Position numbers and translations under genes: made by a program | In this document: piece by piece, positions 61,705-64,000 of the stretch | Layout of the letters: each line of letters opens with the position of its first letter | How positions within the stretch are numbered: position 1 is the stretch's first letter | NCBI RefSeq assembly: GCF_963921235.1 | Contig: NC_086108.1 | Location: 56,112,001-56,176,000 of the forward strand | Origin: Mobula hypostoma | Taxonomy: Eukaryota | Reading direction: 5' to 3' | DNA length: 64,000 bases | The notes under the pieces: generated by a model | What the model was told of the DNA's origin: nothing | The model's input: only the letters and a program-made list of their open reading frames with translations | Databases searched by the model: none

Positions 61705-62269
61705 TTTTAGTACTCCTGAATGCCGGGGGGGGGGGGGCGGTGGCGGGCGGGTGATAAATGTCAGCAAAGACAAACCCTTCCAATTGCCCAACAATAACTT
61801 CTGCAGGTTAGTCAGAGTGATAGGCAGAAATCAGCTATGATGCCAATCAACTTAGGGTATCCTGTTGATACTCAATCTACTTTTAGTTGTCAGTAATAGC
61901 TATGTAGGCAATAATGTCTGAGAGCAACCTTTGCTGATTAATATTAATTGTTCTAGTTGAGTATCCTCCCTCAGGGTGGAAAACCTGAGAGGACACTGCG
62001 AACGATCGATTTTAATTGACATAATATCTAAAACTGATTGATCTTATTAAAGATCTTGATAATCTTTAACTGAATGATGCACAAGAGTTATCGTCAACAA
62101 AATTAAAAGAATGTACAATATTAAAAGGCCGCCAACATGTTTGCTGACCTTGCTAATATGTAAAAGGAGATGAATTTGCATTTGTTGACAGCGTTTGTAA
62201 ACATTCTGGAACACATCCCATCCTGCTTCATGGAGCAGAATCAGAAGTGGAAGATGGTGTTAGAAGAAT

Positions 62270-62890
62270 CTCCCAGTGACAAAGAGCTGCTTCCCAAATC
62301 ACAATGTGGATTCTGTCCATCTACAGGCACTGTTGACTTGATCCTCACAATGTCATCAATCCAGGAGAAATGCAGGGAGCATTACCAACAGATCCACTAA
62401 TTTCAGTCATACTTATTGTTCCACACGTTCACACTCAGTGGAGCGCTCCAGCTGCTAGCTTCCTGCTGGAGTGAAACTGATCTGCTTAACCATTCAGTCT
62501 ACATCACCTGCACCCCAGAACCAGCAGATAAGCCACAGCATGATTCTTGCATTTGCTCATGTTCAGAACATCATTGATTCCCCCACTAATACACACGAGA
62601 AGATTCCTTTACACTGAATGCCATAAAAGAAAGGTTCAATACCATTTTGAAAATAAAGGTTCACAGTGAGACCTGGAAGATGTGGTTCACCTTCTGCACT
62701 TCTAGAGCTACCTTTCAATAACGAGGATGATAAAATTCACTGTTGTCTTCAGTGCAGGAGGAAAAGGGTATAGAGGACCAACACCCTCAAGCCAACATAA
62801 ATCTCATAGTCTATAGGGCAGCAATGTTCACTGCTCTTCTATCTGCTTCTTAGACTTGGATTACCAAGTCTCTGGATAGATACCATAATA
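62270..62890 (+). mobile_element. Decayed RTE-clade LINE fragment
   Basis: ELLPKSQCGF..GTVDLI....IQEKCREH resembles the RTE RT motif LPESQCGFR..T.D.IF..RQLQEKCRE. Confidence 0.7.
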
Positions 62891-62894
62891 GCAT

Positions 62895-63530
62895 AGGCAT
62901 AAGTGGAGAGTTAGCTCATTCATCCTATAGAGTCAGCTCTGCCTTTCCATCGTGGATGATTTATTCTCCTTCTCAACCTAATTCTCCTACCTTCTCCATG
63001 TAACTGTTGATACCCTTACTAATCAAGACCTATTTAAAATATATTTAAATAGATTTAAAAGGAGTATTTAAATATACTTACCGACTTGGTATCCACAGCC
63101 ATCTGTGGAGATGAATTCCACAGATTCATCATCCTCTGGCTAAAGAAGTTCCTCCTCATCCCTGTTCTACAGGTACAGTACATCTTTTATTCTGAGGCTG
63201 TGCACTCTAGTCCTAGACCCTAACATTAATGGAAACATCCTCTCCATTTCCATCCTGTCTAGGCCTTTCAATACGCAGCAGGTTTCATTGAGACACCCAC
63301 CCCCCACCCCATTCTTCTAAACTCCAGTGAGTACAGACTCATAGCCATCAAATGCACATACCCTAACCCTTTCATTCCTGGGATCATTCTTATGAACCTC
63401 CTCTGGACCATCTCCAATGCCAGCACATCCTTTCTTAGATATGCAGCCCAAAACTGCTCACAAAACTCCAAATGTGGTCTGGCCAATGCTTTATAAACCC
63501 CCAGCATTACATCCTTGCTTTTATAAATAC
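62895..63530 (-). mobile_element. CR1 3' fragment
   Basis: YKALARPHLEFCEQFW...VQRRFIRMIPG. Confidence 0.85.
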
Positions 63531-63861
63531 CACCAAAGCTGTTGTTGCTCAAAATCCTTCAAGTCTACTGGAAGGGTAAATAAGTCAGTGTCCATTTCCT
63601 CTCATAGCCAGCATCTTCAATACTGAGGCATGGTTACAGTCATTTCTTTATCATAGCCACATCCTTCACCTGTCCCACGCTAGACTCAAAACAGAAGTTC
63701 TCTTCTGAGTTCTATCAAAGAAAGTGATTACCAGAGAGTGGATATGTTATTCAAGTCCTCTGATGGATAGAAGGATAGGAAGCATTTAACACTAACCAAT
63801 CAGATTTACTGGAACCAGCAAACTTTTGATGTCCATTCCTTAGGATTCAGGCTGAATCTTT

Positions 63862-64000
63862 AATGACTACCACCCCGTTGCACTCACATCTACAGTGATG
63901 AAATGCTTTGAGAGGTTGGTCATGACTAGACTGAACTCCTGCCTCAGCAAAGACCTGAACCCATTGCAATTTGCCTATCGCCACAATAGGTCAATGGCAG
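63862..64000 (+). mobile_element. Rex1/Babar RT fragment running off the window
   Basis: Translates [46 protein letters not shown]. Confidence 0.8.

Noticed and set aside
1..64000. CRISPR array or prokaryotic defence/RT system
   Set aside because: No regularly spaced repeat-spacer array or operon structure. The RTs are eukaryotic retroelements in spliceosomal introns.

Overview
Eukaryotic (vertebrate) genomic DNA lying wholly inside one + strand gene that I recognise from translated exons as SGIP1, the FCHO/muniscin-family endocytic adaptor. The repeat landscape suggests a cartilaginous fish, probably a ray (inference). Thirteen internal coding exons (1117-59610) splice into one continuous frame: (S)[13 protein letters not shown]...SPSPM|RRSP|RRSP|AIIKRNLS(C)|EEIARPRRSTP...|...|[37 protein letters not shown](K), ending at the start of the mu-homology domain. 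The start and stop codons lie outside the window. Splicing features include a probable U12 (AT-AC) acceptor, two 12-nt microexons with UGC motifs, a NAGNAG acceptor and an in-frame alternative acceptor. The introns are dense with retroelements: a 5'-truncated L1-clade element with an intact 1258-aa ORF2 nested in a CR1; several Penelope-like elements (PLE; RT + GIY-YIG) whose ends carry minimal hammerhead ribozymes and form fold-back insertions; CR1, Rex1/Babar and RTE fragments; tRNA-derived SINEs; a solo LTR; a Tigger-like element; and a hAT MITE. The most system-like signal is the hammerhead-bearing PLE family and its fold-back derivatives. The class is known, but the local structural patterns merit follow-up. 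I see no evidence for a new protein-coding system. All coordinates were counted by hand, and homology calls are from recall rather than database searches.
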